Origin: the human T2T-CHM13v2.0 reference genome, Homo sapiens | Assembly (NCBI RefSeq): GCF_009914755.1 | Contig: NC_060931.1 | DNA length: 64,000 nucleotides | Direction: 5' to 3' (one strand) | In this document: positions 11,816 to 26,953 of the stretch, one piece after another | How positions within the stretch are numbered: the stretch's first letter is position 1 | Layout of the letters: each line of letters starts with the position of its first letter | Made by a program: the position numbers and the translations under genes | The notes under the pieces: generated by a model | Seen by the model: the letters and a program-made list of their open reading frames with translations, nothing else | Told to the model about the DNA's origin: nothing | Databases searched by the model: none

Positions 11816-12579
11816 TGATTATCTTAAGCCAGATGTGTATTCTTACCCAGGTTTGTGATATGTCTACCCTTGCCTTTATGTTGGGAAACGTGAGGAAGCT
11901 GAGCCCAGCTCCCAGGACAGTTTGGTCGCCTCTAATCATACCATCCAGCCATAATCTCAGGCTGAAGGAAATCATTCATTGGCACTAAAGAGAGCTGGGG
12001 AGATAGCTGACAGAGGAATGCAATGGATCGTCTCGCTCATCCACCTTTTGCCATTTGTTTGATTTTTTCCTGCAATGTGTTTTCTTCTCGTCAACTTGGC
12101 CGGAATGGTGGTAAATGCTGTTTTTATATGTGGACTTACTTGAAAAACTGATCTATCTTAGTCTTGGACTTTGAATATCATTAAAGTTCTCCAAGGACCT
12201 TGCAAATAGCTGCTTGCCAAACACAATAGTTTAATATAATTTGATCTCTCACTGCTGCTTAGCTTCTGAGAAATGTGTTGTGCTCAAAGTGTTCAAGCAT
12301 TAATTAAAATTGAGAGCACTGAAATTGTCAGCGCCCACTGACTCCATGTGAGTGTGTAGGTGAGTGTGAATGTGTGTGCACAGGCAGGTGCAGGTGTGTA
12401 CTCACATGCGTATTAACGCTTAGGAAGCTGAACTTTGCTTCTTTCTCATTAAGAGTTGAAGGCTATTATCTAATCATGAAAATAAAAACTCTGATGGAAT
12501 TAACTTGATGTTGACTCTCAGTTTGATTTCTGAAGATAAACCAGAGTCATCTCTACTCTGAAATATTAACGTATTCTAG

Positions 12580-12730
12580 AGAGTGGTTCCCAACATGATG
12601 TGACGCTGGACCTGCGTTATCAGCATCAGCTGGGAGCTTTAGAAGAACAAAATCTTGAGCCCACCCAGACCTACTGAATCAGAAGCTCAGAGGGTGGGTG
12701 ATTCTGATCTGCATTAAAATTTAGTTCTAA
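12580..12730. mobile_element. MER5A-like DNA transposon remnant
   Basis: CAGCATCAGCTGGGAGCTT...CCCAGACCTACTGAATCAGAA. Confidence 0.7.
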
Positions 12731-12809
12731 GTGTACCCATTCGCAAACTCTTTGTGGTGAAGTGCCAGTGATTTCATTTTTGTTTTTAAAATTTCGTGGC
12801 TCAGTACTT

Positions 12810-13344
12810 TCTCCCATCTTTCTGTTTTTTTTTTTTTCTGAGCCCTACAAACTTTTTCAACCTCTGCCCTAAAGCTGCTTTCAGATTTTCAGGTATCTTT
12901 GTAGCAATGCCCCATTCCTTGGTATGTGTTGCTATAAAGGCATACCTGAGGCTGGGTAATCTTTAAGGAAAAGAGGTTTATTTTGCTCACGGTTCTGCAA
13001 GCTGTACAAGAAGCACAGGCACCAGCATCTGCTTCTGGTGAAGTCCTCAAGCTGTTTCCACTCATGGCAGAAGGTGGAGGGGAGCCAGTGTGTAGAAATC
13101 ACATGGCCATAGAGGGAACAAGAGAGAGAGGAAGGAGGTGCCAAGCTCTTTTTAACAATCAGTTACCCAGGGAATGAGTAACGGGATGACTAACTCATTA
13201 TCTCGAGGGTAACACCAAGCCATTCATGAGGCGTCTGCCTCCATGACCCAAATACCTCTCAGTAGATTCCACCTCCACCTCCAACCTTGGGGATCAAATT
13301 TGAACATGAGGTTTGGGGGGTGGATAAACATCCAAACTATAGCA
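12810..13344 (-). mobile_element. MST-type MaLR LTR with adjoining internal fragment
   Basis: GTTGCTATAAAGGCATACCTGAGGCTGGGTAAT...CATCCAAACTATAGCA, preceded by MST-int-like TTTTCAGGTATCTTTGTAGCAATGCCCC. Confidence 0.8.
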
Positions 13345-14589
13345 GCACCCAAAAGCTGAAAGTGCCATGTCTTATTTTTTATTTTCAGCCTTATCCGTAG
13401 CACGCTTTATGGTAGCAAAGAGGTCTACAAGCTGTGGCCCCAAAATAATTTAACTTTCTTACTGTAACCTTTCCATTTTAAATTTGATTCACTGTAGAGC
13501 ATTTCCATGGGTAGAACTGGGTCAAAGAGAAGTCTTTCATTTTAGAGTTTTGTTATTAAGGAAGAATTGGGTATTTTCATACTTTTTAAAGTTTATTTTT
13601 GGCTATGATTACTTACAGTGGTTCATTTTTTATAGACATCTAGGAAATGTTAATTACTGCAGATAAGATTCCCAATTCAGAAGCCAACCACAAAGGCTTT
13701 TCTTCTTCTTCTTCTATATATATATAAAGGAGATAATGCTAAAATGCTCTTATGCAAATTTTAAAATTCCCTAGTACATTAACAATGCTAATGACAGTTA
13801 ATGCATTCCTGAAGCTTCTGTGTGATCCAAAATATTCAAAATGCTTAGAAATGTTTTAGGTCCACCCTGCAAATATATGGGAAGTGGAATTTTGTTCATG
13901 GAAATTAGTTCCTTGAAAATAGATTCAGTGCCAAGTTTAAGAGATGAAGAAGAGCTGAAAAGTCAGTGTAGTGCAATATAGAGTCTTCTGCGGATAAAGG
14001 TCGAAACCCTCTTTTCCCAGACCACCATAGTGGGTAGGTACAGAATCTCAGATAATCACTGCAGTTTGGTTAGAAGAGGAAATTGCCCTTCATAAAGCAA
14101 CACAGAAGAAGGTAAGGAGAAAGTGGTATTAGATTGATAGGTCAACTAATGATAATGAAGAAACTTTCTCTTGCTGACGGTGATGTCAGCTTCTACCAGG
14201 ACTAACTTCAGTGAGCACAGGAATGGCATTGCTGTTCAATAGGGTTATACCCTCAGGTGGGATGACAGAAGACAGACCCTCGTTGTTTCTTTGCTGACCT
14301 AGGGAATTCTGCAAAGCAGAAATATGAAGAATGAAGATGCTGACTCTTTACAGACAGCTTTATTTAGGTGAATTCAGGTTGTTACATGGTCTTGCCACAA
14401 GTGCATCTTATTCTAGAAGTTGTCTGACTACTTCAACATGCATTTCTTTCCTTCTTTCTTCCTTGAGCTCCTTAATATTAAATGCAAATGAGGGGAGGCG
14501 TGTTGAAGTTACACTAAGGTTTAGTTGTAGCAAAAATGTGCTTTGTGCACCTACTGGAAATTCCCTTGTGGAATCTTTATAGTAAAGCC

Positions 14590-15551
<962 letters not shown>

Positions 15552-15959
15552 AGCCAGAGCATTCAAATGAGTAACCGCTACAATAGCCAGCAAAGCTACA
15601 GACACCCAGTAAGAGGAACTGGAGCCTGTCCCAGGCTTGCAGATGCTGAGTGCTCGAGATGTTGACACAATTTAGCCAAAATTGAGGATCAGGAGACTGC
15701 CAAGGACACCGGTGCTTGATGGAACTATTCCCTCTTCCAAGAATTTAAGAGCAAGAAAAAAACTCAGCCATATACTTGGAGCAGTGGCTTTCATATTCAG
15801 GACTAGGAGCATTTGGGTTCTGCAGGATGTGGGATGGAGGCATGGCTAAGGAGCAGCCATAGGGGTGATCGGAGTGGCCACAGGGGTGATCAGGCCTGAA
15901 AAGCCTGCCACTCAGAAGCCTTTCTTCCAAGAGTTGTTTATTCACTGCTTAGCAATGAG

Positions 15960-16130
15960 ATCAGCACTTTGCCTGCTGCATCTCACAAAGCCCTCTGACA
16001 ACCCTGGATGAAGGTACTAATATCTTTAGTTTTCAAATGAGGCTCAAAGAAGTTCAATGAGAAAACTGCCCAGGGTCACCTAGGTAGTAGGTAGAAAATT
16101 AGTATCCCACTTAGATGTGTGTCACTGTGT
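15960..16130 (-). mobile_element. MIR remnant
   Basis: ACAACCCT...TTTTCAAATGAGG...CTGCCCAGGGTCAC core. Confidence 0.6.
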
Positions 16131-16613
16131 CATCTGAAGAGAAGAGATTAAGCATTGGGCTTGCTAGACAACAAGGATACTCTTCAACATATAAACAATC
16201 TTATTCAATAAAATCTTATTAATGCCCTGTTGACTGAGGTTGCATTAAGAGCATGTGGAAGCTTATCCGATGTTTCCATTCTCTGGTCTCTACTTGTGAC
16301 TTTGCTTTTTATTTTCTCTTCTGTGCTGGAAGTGCTGGAAAGCACCTCATCTTTTGTCTTTTCAGTTGTTGGATTTAGGTTCCATGATTAAGGGTTGTGT
16401 TGCTATTGTTTTCAGTACTTTGTTCTCTTTCTGTATCCCAGGAAGTCAGCAACTGGGCCCTGTCTCCTACAGAAGCAGGAAGAGGACTGAGGGTTGAGGG
16501 ACTTTTGGTGGTTTTCTAAAACTGTCAATCATCCTATGTGTGACAAGCAGAGAGTTTCCTGTATCTCTGTTGCCTAAGCAAAGGAGCAGGTGGGAAAGTA
16601 TTTTGCTAACTAG

Positions 16614-16946
<333 letters not shown>

Positions 16947-17368
16947 TGATTCTCCTGCACCATCTTTCAATTTTTTACACTTGGGGCATTTTCCCTGTTC
17001 TCAGCACCCTCATCAGTGTGGACCAGGACAACGGGAGAGGGTAAACCTGAATTCCTCCAACTCTAATGACTTTATTAAAAGGCTTGAGGGGGAGGGCAGA
17101 AAGGGTATAGTGGTAACAGTGAGCACTTTGAATCTCACTTACCCTAATCATTTCTTGAATGATTGAAGGAGTAATGGGACCCTCCTTATTCCTTACTCCT
17201 AAATTCTCACTATTGATTGAGCGTCTCATACGCAGGCACTGAGACACCTCAGTGAATAAAATATAGTCCTCGCCTTCCTTCTTGGGGCTTCCATTCTAGT
17301 GGCAGAAATAGACAGTGATTACACAGCTAATTATTTAATTACAAGTCTGATGCATTCTGCAAAAACAT

Positions 17369-18000
17369 TGTAAGGGCCAAGGGAAAGCTTCTCCTTTGCC
17401 TTCTGAAGGTTCACTGAAAATCAACTGATGAAAGACAGGTGAACAGGAGAAGAGGCTTACAAATTTGATCACAGTTTTACACAGGAGCTTTCGGAATGAA
17501 GACGCAAAGATAGACAGGAAGCTGTCCATTTTTATGCTTAGGTTCAACAAACTGTGGACAGCTGTGTGGAAATAGGATTGGCACAAAGGGTCTGATCTAA
17601 TGCCAATACAGTGAGGGGGAAAGCCCAGTAAGATCTGCCCATCTAGATTCTTCTTGGCCTCTCTGCAGAATTCCTTCCTTCTGGGCATGGGGCAGCACCC
17701 TCTCTGTAATGGGAGGTCTTATGACCCACAGTCGAACAAGGCAGGTCAGGTGATTTCGTTATGGTCAGTTTTTACACAGAAAGGTGGGGAAAGTTGGAGT
17801 AGTAGTTTTAGGTTTTATGGCTGGCTTTTGGGAACAGAGGATCTGGTTCGTATGATTATGTTGGGAGAGAGGATCCTAGTTTCTCTGGCCAGCCTCGGGA
17901 GAAAATGAGGGGCCAGAAACAGAAGAGCAGGAGGGGGAGTGGGGAGAAATGTTTGCTTCTGAGGCCTTCATTTTGGGTTATCATTTTCTGGGCCTCAGCA
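17369..18000 (-). mobile_element. MER39-like ERV1 solo LTR
   Basis: TG...CA ends; ...TTGCTTCTGAGGCCTTCATTTTGGGTTATCATTTTCTGGGCCTCAGCA is the reverse complement of the recalled MER39 start. Confidence 0.72.
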
Positions 18001-18776
18001 AAAGCAGATTGAGATTATTATTATATTAACATAAGCATTGTGGTCTAGGTTTGGATGTTTCTACAAGGTGTTTCGAAGCGAATGACTCAGTGAAAGATAC
18101 AATGGGTGAGAAAGATGGTTCTCTCACATTGTCAATCCAAGGCAGAATAAAAAAGTCATAATTAAAAATATTTCTTAAAGGGGATAAAATGAGTATGTAT
18201 TGGCAATTTGCTACTACAGTGAGGTGTTTAAAAAGAGAAAAAAAATTAAATGAAATGTAAAATGAAACCTGGGTATCTATAACTTGTGAAGGCTGAGGAA
18301 TAGAAGATACTTCACTGAGAAAAGGCAGAGGACTCCCTTGACTAGGTGTAAGGATGTGCTCTTGAGATGCTGGGAACAAGGAAGTCCGTGGGAGCAATGG
18401 GGAGGACCAACACACGAGCAGCATCTGCTTTGAAAAGTGGAGACTGAATTGCGGTTTGATCCTGGGAGCAAACACCAAAGAACTTAGAGCTAATAATAGC
18501 GAAGCCATAGGAAGAGCAGCAACAGAGAAGCTTGGGTGGAAGGACTTCGAATACATAAAAGTTGGAACAAAATAAACCAAGGAGACAAACGGAAGTGTTA
18601 CACAGGTATTTTTCTTTATAAGAGAAATATATTTTAAGAGCACTAAAGGGCCTTTGAGCTCAGCTTTTATGAAGAAATCTGTTTCAAGATAGAAGAGATA
18701 TATTGTAGGTTTCTGTTAAATTAATGGCAAATACCACTAGCTAAGACAAAGCTAGTGCTTAAGAGCTAAGCATTCT

Positions 18777-19873
18777 TTATTTTAATTAGTTTATTCTTAT
18801 GGATTTAGGGGTACAAGTGCAGTTGTGTTACGCGGATATAGTGTGTGGTGGTGAAGTCTGGGCTTTTTGTGTGCTCATCGCTCATAGACTGTACATTGTA
18901 CCCACTGGGTAGTATGTGACACCCCACACTCCTCCCACCCTCCAATCTTTGGAATCTACAGTGTCTATTATTGCACTCTATACGTTGCTGTGTATCCATT
19001 GTTTAACTCCCAGTTATAAGTGAGGATGTGTGGCTTTTAAGTTTTTAATTTCTGAGTTAGGGTCTCACTCTGTCTCCCAGGCTGGGGTGCACTTGCATGA
19101 TCTTGGCTCGCTGCAGCCTCGGCCTCCCAGGCTCAGGTAATCCTCCCACCTCAGCCTCCTGAGTAGCTGGGACCACAGGCACATCTTACCATGTCTAGTT
19201 AATTTTTGTATTTTTTTGTAGAGACAGGGTTTCTCCATGTTGCCCAGGCTGGTCTCAAACTCCCAGACTCAAGCAATCCACCCGCTTCAGGCAGCTAGGG
19301 TGTGAGGATTACAGGCGTGAGCCATTGCTCCCAACCCCAGTTTTTAACTTTTTGTTGTCGAGCAATTTCACTAAGGATAATAGCCTCCATTTCTACCCCT
19401 CCTGGAAAAGACAAGTTTTCATTCTTTCATATGGCCGAGTAGTATTCCATCGTGTATACGTACCACATTTTAAAAATCCAGTCATCCATTAATAGACGCT
19501 TAGATTGCTTCTGTGACTTTGCTGTTGTGAATAGTGCTGCAATAAACATGTAAGTCAGATGTCTTTTTGATAAAATAACTTATTTTCCTTTGCATAGATA
19601 CCCAGTAGTGTTATTGGTAGATCAAAGTGTAGTTCCATTTTTAGTTCTTTGAGAAATTTCCATACTGTTTCCCATAGAGGTTGTATTAATTTACATTTCT
19701 ACCAATAGTATATAACCATTCCCTTTTCTCTGCATCCTTGCCAACATCTGTTGTTTTTTTGACTTTCAAATAATGGCTTTCTGAGTGCTGTAAGATGGTA
19801 TCTCATTGTGGCTTTAATTTGCACTTCTCTGATGATGAGTGATGATGAGCATTTTTTCCTGTGTTTGTTGGCC
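18777..19873 (-). mobile_element. 5'-truncated L1PB-type LINE with nested AluJ (~19040-19338)
   Basis: L1PB-like 3' end (TTTAGGGGTACAAGTGCAG...GAAGTCTGGGCTTTT); perfect 16-bp TSD AAGAGCTAAGCATTCT at 18761-18776 and 19874-19889. Confidence 0.88.
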
Positions 19874-20058
19874 AAGAGCTAAGCATTCTGATGGCTTCGT
19901 GTGGATCAAATCACAGCTGGATTGTTCAGTTTTGGATGCCAAATATAAAGAGGGACAGACAAACTGGCATTCATCCAGAAGAGAGGAATCAGGATCACGA
20001 GAGATTAGAAGTTGTATTGGTAAAGGGAATTTGAATAAATGATATTATCTAATCTAGG

Positions 20059-20475
20059 TGTGATAGCTAAATTTATGTGTCCACTTGGCTGGGCTGCAGT
20101 GCCCAGGTACGTTGTGAGACATCATTCTGGATATTTCCATGAGGGTGTTTTGGATGAGATGAACATTTAAATCAGTGGACTTTGAGTAAAGCAGATTGCC
20201 TTCCCTGGTGCAGTGGGCCTTGTCCAATCAGTTGGAGGTCTGGATAGAACAAGAGGCTGACCTCCCCAGAGTAATGGGGAATTCTGCAGCAAATGGCCTC
20301 TGGACTTGAACTGCAGCATTGACTTTTCTCTGGGTTTCCAGCCTGCTGGTCTGTCCACATTTTGGACTTGCCAGCTCCTATAATCACATGAGCTCATTCC
20401 TTAGTATAAATCTTTCTATATACGTATGTGTACGTCCTATTCCTTCTGTTTCTCCTGGGAACGCTGACTGATACA
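20059..20475 (+). mobile_element. MLT2-type ERVL solo LTR
   Basis: TGTGATAGCTAAATTTATGTGTC...GAGTAAAGCAGATTGCC...TCTGTTTCTCCTGGGAACGCTGACTGATACA. Confidence 0.82.
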
Positions 20476-21294
20476 CTAGGAAAGCAGAGATGTGGGATGG
20501 AGGCATGGTAAGTGTTTTTAGATATCTGGAGGGCTTTTATGGAAATAGACACAGATTTGTTTTCTATGAATTTGAGAGACCCAGATCCCTGGATTGAAAT
20601 TTAGAGGCTGGAAGTTTTTTTTTTTTTTTTTTTTGCTTAATTGAAAGAAGACAACAAGAATTGATACATTGATACAATTCTTTTTTAGCTGATTGTGAGT
20701 CAGCAAAATTCAAAACATTGAGTTCTTTATAGCTTCCGTGCATCACCACTTGTGCAAGGTACTGTAGAATGGATTCAATGTGCCTGTTGGGAATTAGAAT
20801 TATAAAGAATTTTGGAAGTTTCTAGTCTGTCATTGTTTCTGGTAATGCATGCTGTGAAGGGCTAAGAAATGTGTTCATCCCACAGAGGATGAAACAACAG
20901 ACTTGGTCAAAAAAGTATAGTTATGGTCCTTTTAAATGGAAAAATTCAGACCACAGCTGGATAGGAACAAAATCCTGAAAACAGTGACAGATTCAGTGTC
21001 TGGTTATTTTAATACTACTCATGTGTAGACATGGATAGAAAAATGCAGATAGTAGAGTACCAAAAAATACCTATTGGAAGTATAAAAAGAATGGTAATTA
21101 AATGATTTCTATAGGCACACAGTCTGATAAGAGAGAGACCTCATTTTATGTAGCTCTTTTACTGAAAATGTGGCATTTATTTTTCTGTATTAATTCAATG
21201 TATTTCAAATGAACTAAAAACCTGCCATCTTCAAGGATTTCATTATACGATTCCTTATGAACACTGTCATAAAATGAGTAGTTAACTCATTTAA

Positions 21295-21636
<342 letters not shown>

Positions 21637-22259
21637 CTAAATTTACTTTAAAAGGGTTATACATGTGTTGGTAAATAGCATCAAGAAATACATTCCTTCT
21701 ATGTTATCGTTATTTTAATTCTTTATTTTTGTCCCCAAAAGATTTACTTACAGATCTTGGATGATCTTGGGTCTTGAATGGGCATGCTGAGGTTCTACCT
21801 CTGGGCAGGAAGATAGGTGTGAAGCAACCTCTAACAGCTTGTGCGGAAAATTACCCCCAGGTTAGCACCAGTGAGGCACAGTTGTTCAGCAGAGCAGGGG
21901 CTGGGCATTGTTGTAGAGCAGAGCCACGCCCTTCCATTCCAGAGCACTTGGAGCAGTTGGTGTTTATGCTGCTGGGTTGTTTTTATTGAGGACAAACATG
22001 CTTTTACATTTATCTATCTTAAAAAAAACTTAAAAACTCACAAGACAACTTCCCTGATATGCCCTGTCCCCCTCCAGCTACCAGTCTTTCCCTTGAATAA
22101 CTCAATACTATAATGCCACTATTTTTAACTCCTCCTCATTTCCTCTTAAAAATCTCCCATCTGACTTTGGTTCTTACCACTGCATGGAAGAATTACCTGT
22201 CCACATCGCAAACGACCTCCTTCCCACTATATTCAGTGGTCAGTTCCCACTTAAGTCTC

Positions 22260-22781
22260 TGAAGGAGCTCAGGAAATGACACCCCAAAATACACCGCTTT
22301 GGACTTCAAACTTCCCCAGTCACTTGGTGAACAGCAAATTCTGAGAGGAGCTTTCTGAGTACCTTTTACCTACCAGACGGATCCTCCAGAGGGGACACAA
22401 TTGTCATGAATCCCCTCCCTAGAACTTCATCAACCAGGGACTGCTGGCTGATATCACAGGAGAGGATATTGGAGCTGACACTGCACCCAGACAGGTTTTG
22501 TCTCAGGCTGTCTTCTGTCCTGCTAAGGGGCCATTCACCCGCCCCAGAAATCATTTACTCTCCCCTAAGTTGCCTACATCCACCCTCTCTCTCCTATGGA
22601 GAGGGTATATAAGCTTTCGGATGTCTCTGGGTTTCGAGTATTCATTTTTCTTTCATGTGATGCTCCGTGAATGTAATACACATGTATACTTTTTCTCTTG
22701 TTAATCTGTCTTAAGTCAATTTAATTTGTAGCCCAGCCAAGGAACTTCCAAGAGTGGAAGGAGGCCATTTTCACCCTTCCA
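22260..22781 (+). mobile_element. MER34-like ERV1 solo LTR
   Basis: Starts TGAAGGAGCTCAGGAAATGACACCCCAAAATA; internal TATATAAG; LTR-like 3' end TTCTCTTGTTAATCTGTC. Confidence 0.65.
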
Positions 22782-22814
22782 GGGCCTGGCAGCACTTTTT
22801 TGACCACTTTCTTT

Positions 22815-22980
22815 CTTTCTTTTTTTTTTTTTGAGATGGAGTCTCGCTCTGTCACACAGGCTGGAGTGCAGTGGTGCAATCTCGGCTCACTGCAACCTCT
22901 GCCTCCTGCGTTCAAGCACTTCTCCTGCCTCAGACCCCTGAGTAGCTGGGACTATAGGCACGAGCCCACACCCAGATAAT
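22815..22980 (-). mobile_element. 5'-truncated Alu (right monomer only)
   Basis: Perfect 16-bp TSD TTTGACCACTTTCTTT at 22799-22814 and 22981-22996. Confidence 0.9.
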
Positions 22981-22999
22981 TTTGACCACTTTCTTTATT

Positions 23000-24092
23000 G
23001 AGCTTCCAGGTCACCCTTCCCTCCATCTCAGGGGCTGCTTATTTCCTTTTCCTGGCTGCCTCTCCAGCCCAGGGCTCAAGCATCATTCTTCTGCCTTTTC
23101 CTAGATGGCCTCATTCATCTACATAGCTTTAAGCAGAATCTGTGTTCTGAAGACTTCTAAATTTGCATGTCAGCCTCTGAGCTTTAGGCTTTTACACCAA
23201 ATTTCCCCCAGACTTCACCTCTCACGTGCCTAATGGGTCATAAAAACCAGCAGAGCCAAAACAGAACTGGATTTACCTCTTCCACCCCTTTCTCCCTGGG
23301 CTTCCTGACCTTGGTGCACAGAACCATTGTTCATCCTAATATTCAGGCTCTGAAGCTTGCAGCGACCTTTGGTTTCGTTCTCACTTCATAGCTCACAGCC
23401 AATCCCCACATCAACAAGCAGCTCGGGTTTCAGATGCATCACATCTGACCACGTCTCCCCTCCCTCAGGGGTCCCAGTTCAGTCAGTGCCATCATCCTCT
23501 CCTACCTGGACTGCAAGTGGACTCTTACTTGGCTTCCCTGCTTCCACTTTGGGTCAGAGACACATCATGTGTCCTCAGAGACAAATTATGAGTCCAGAGT
23601 GATCGTTTTAGACACGGGTCGGATTACTTCACTCACTAGCTCTGCACTCTGCTAGGATAAAACCATATTTCTTACTGAGACACTGGCTGGCTGATGTAGA
23701 GGCCTCCAGCCTGACCCCTAGCCTTGCTGGGGTCTCAGGGGCACATTGAGTCTTATTGAGTCCCAGCTCCTTTGCACCTGCTTCTCCTTCCCTGAAACCG
23801 TCTTCACCCAGATGTTGGCTTGCTCTTTGCAGAGTGCTCTTCCTGTAGACCTTCATGCTCAAATCGTTGTCCACACTCTGTGCCCCTTCCCCAGTATCAT
23901 GATCCCTGCTCAGTCACTCGCTGTCCACACCCTTTCCTTTCACTGAGATCATAGTGTATGTTTATTGGTTGGCATGACTATTATCTGTCTCCACAGCTAG
24001 GATGTAGGCTTCACTCTCAGGGATCTTGTCTTGTCTTGTTCACTTTTTGTATCCCTAGTAGATGCTCTCCCAAATTTAGATGGAATGAATTA
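23000..24092 (+). mobile_element. L2 LINE remnant
   Basis: Pyrimidine-rich L2-like sequence (CCAAAACAGAACT, CATCCTCTCCTACCTGGACT) ending ...GATGGAATGAAT. Confidence 0.65.
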
Positions 24093-24549
24093 ATGTGGGG
24101 GAGGAGTTGTTCAGAATGTGATTTAATACATAAAAAACTTTTGGCTCCCCACTCCCTTCCTCTCTCAGTTTGCAATGGAAAGTGATTGCAAAGTAAAGAT
24201 AGTACAGATTGGTAATTTGGTAATCACTGTGTCAGTGTGGCTCACAGTGGCAACATTATCACATGCAGATTAATAAATTGAGGTCAACAGAAACTGCTTC
24301 TGCATGCAGAGAATATAGGAGGACAGAGAGGACAGAGATACATATAGTGTTATATTACTATCACCAATTCAGTTACAATGCTGTTAGGTTTTGTCACCTA
24401 TTTTTAAATAATTGTCCTGTTACATCTTTTTCTTTTTGCGGAAGGCACCAGTTTAGCATAGTTTGTGCAATGGCTGTCCATTAAAATCTTAGTAAGGTGA
24501 TAATCCAAATCAGATGCTGTATAGCCTATGCTGGTTTAAGTCCTGAAGT

Positions 24550-24815
24550 ACTTATCTGAAAACTTCGGGTTAAATTAGGAATTCAGAACTTTTCAGAATT
24601 CAAGAAGCTAACACAAATTGTCTTTATTATGTATTAGGTAACATCCCCAGTGGTGTCTGAGGCACCATCCCACAAACCCATTGTAATTTCTGCCAAAAAA
24701 AAATATGTACACTAAGTAGAATCAATAAATTTACCAGTGGCTTCATATCAGTTCCTGTAATTTTTGCCACTGAAGAAGTTCAGAGAAGAAAAGATTTTGT
24801 CTCCAAATGAGTTTT
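24550..24815. mobile_element. MER46C-like TcMar-Tigger remnant
   Basis: GGAATTCAGAACTTTTCAG...GTAACATCCCCAGTGG...CACTAAGT...TTTTGCCAC similarity to the recalled consensus. Confidence 0.55.
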
Positions 24816-25659
24816 TAAGGAGCTTTATTGGATGAAATTACTGAAACATTGAAACATATACACACTCAAATAAAACGAACTGGAACCGTCGCAAAGGATG
24901 CAGAGGAGGTGGCCTGACATCAGCTGAGAGGGGAGGTCAGAGAGAACCCAGGGAGCGAGAGCTTCATGAAAGAGATGCAGCTGGAGTTGCACTTTAGTTG
25001 AAGGACTCCTCTGCAAAAAGCTGAATCCTCCCCAGCCTGGATCCAAATTCTCTTTCCTATTACATTTCAGCTGCCAAAATAGCTCTTTGAATTTGGTGCT
25101 TAGAAGGATTTAGAGATACTAAAAATTGCAGCATTTCCTACAGAGCTATTTGTAAGAGGAAAGCAATGGAGGTAGAGAAGTGGGTTGTTGAGAATAATAG
25201 GGTGAACTTGAAAGAGGAAAAGATGAGGATTAAAATAGGGGCAATCTTCCTCATGTTGAAATTTCTGAAATTCAGTATTCTCTAAGGAGTTGCACTCTAA
25301 TTTTTCTTAAGGGGGAGAAAATGAAAGTTTTCAAATCATACACGTGCACAGACACACACACCTATGTTTTGCAGGGAGGAATAGCTGAGCTGTTAGAGCC
25401 CCACACAGCAGGTAATCTCTTTGGCCTCCTCATTAACACTCTAATCAGCCCTTTTGCAGCCATTCTAACTTAAGAAAAATAGTAAACCTCTGAAATAGCC
25501 TTAAAAAAGATGAGTGTAAACCACTTCAGTCTAGCTTTTGAACATGGTGTCTATTGAAAACCCTATTATGTTAGCTGGTAACCAACGATGGAGGTTTCTT
25601 CTCCAGTAGTAACTGTGTGTAAAGGTTTTTATGCTTAGGACTGTGTTTAGGAGTTGTGA

Positions 25660-25957
<298 letters not shown>

Positions 25958-26594
25958 AACATATCAATTATTTGGTTTGAGCTAGCTTACAATAAAATCA
26001 CTCTTACAACAGAGATTCATTGTTTCTTCATGTTTCTGTAAGCTGCATTTAAGTATCATAAAGTCTAAAAATTGGATAAAAATATGATGACTGACCTTAA
26101 TTTCTACCTCCCTGGGACTTGGTTCTAGAGCTGTAGTTTGGACCAGCACTAAGTCTGTCTTACCTTTTTTCCCCTGATAAATATTCAGTATTTGAGGAAA
26201 TCATCACATCTCCCTTTAGCATTCTTTTGGCAAGGTAAAAGACTACTGAATCCAGTTTTGGGACCATTGTTAAACTTTGCTTTTTCAGACCTTAGAAACA
26301 TGTTAAAGTCTTGCAAAGGAGCCCTTGGCATAACTGTGTGACTAGATATGCTCCAAAGCTCTAGAACATGATGATGTTCCATGTACGTCTCCATCTGAGT
26401 AAGGGGGGGAAGAGGGCTTGGCTGGTGCTGGATGGGTCTCATTCAATGCAATGCCAAACTCTTAACATTTGAAAATTATATAGTAGAAATACGGACTTTC
26501 TTATGAATGCCAAGAAACTGCTTGCTTCTCCTATTGTCTGAATAGCCAGAGAGAATACTTGCACTTACTATTCACTGAAAACTGACTTATTTGG

Positions 26595-26953
26595 TGATAA
26601 CGGTTTGGCTGTATCCCCACCCAAATCTCATCTTGAATTGTAGCTCCCATAATTCCCACGTGTTGTGGGAGGGACCTGGCAGGAGGTAATTGAATCATGG
26701 GGGTGGGTCTTTCCCATGCTGTTCTCGTCATACTGAATAAGTCCCACAAGGTCTGATGATTTTATAAGGGCAGAGTTTCCCTGCACAAGTTCTGTCTTCC
26801 CTGCCACCATGGAAGACGTGCCTTTTGCCTTCTGCCATGATTGTGAGCCCTCCCCAGCCATGTGGAACTGTGAGTTCATAAAACCTCTTTTTCTGTATAA
26901 TTACCCCAGTCTTAAATATGTCTTTTTCAGTAGCATGAGAACAGACTAATACA
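26595..26953 (+). mobile_element. THE1-type MaLR solo LTR
   Basis: TGATAACGGTTTGGCTGTATCCCCACCCAAATCTCATCTTG...GACTAATACA; approximate 5-bp TSD TTTGG/TATGG. Confidence 0.9.

Noticed and set aside
11608-11988. Proline-rich 126-aa ORF
   Set aside because: Translation of the (CCT)n low-complexity tract.
12889-12949. Inverted repeat CAGGTATCTTTGTAGCAA / TTGCTATAAAGGCATACCTG
   Set aside because: Appears intrinsic to the MST internal-LTR junction rather than locus-specific.
18026-18643. 205-aa hydrophobic antisense ORF
   Set aside because: Non-ATG start; composition reflects the A-rich plus strand; no domain or splice support.
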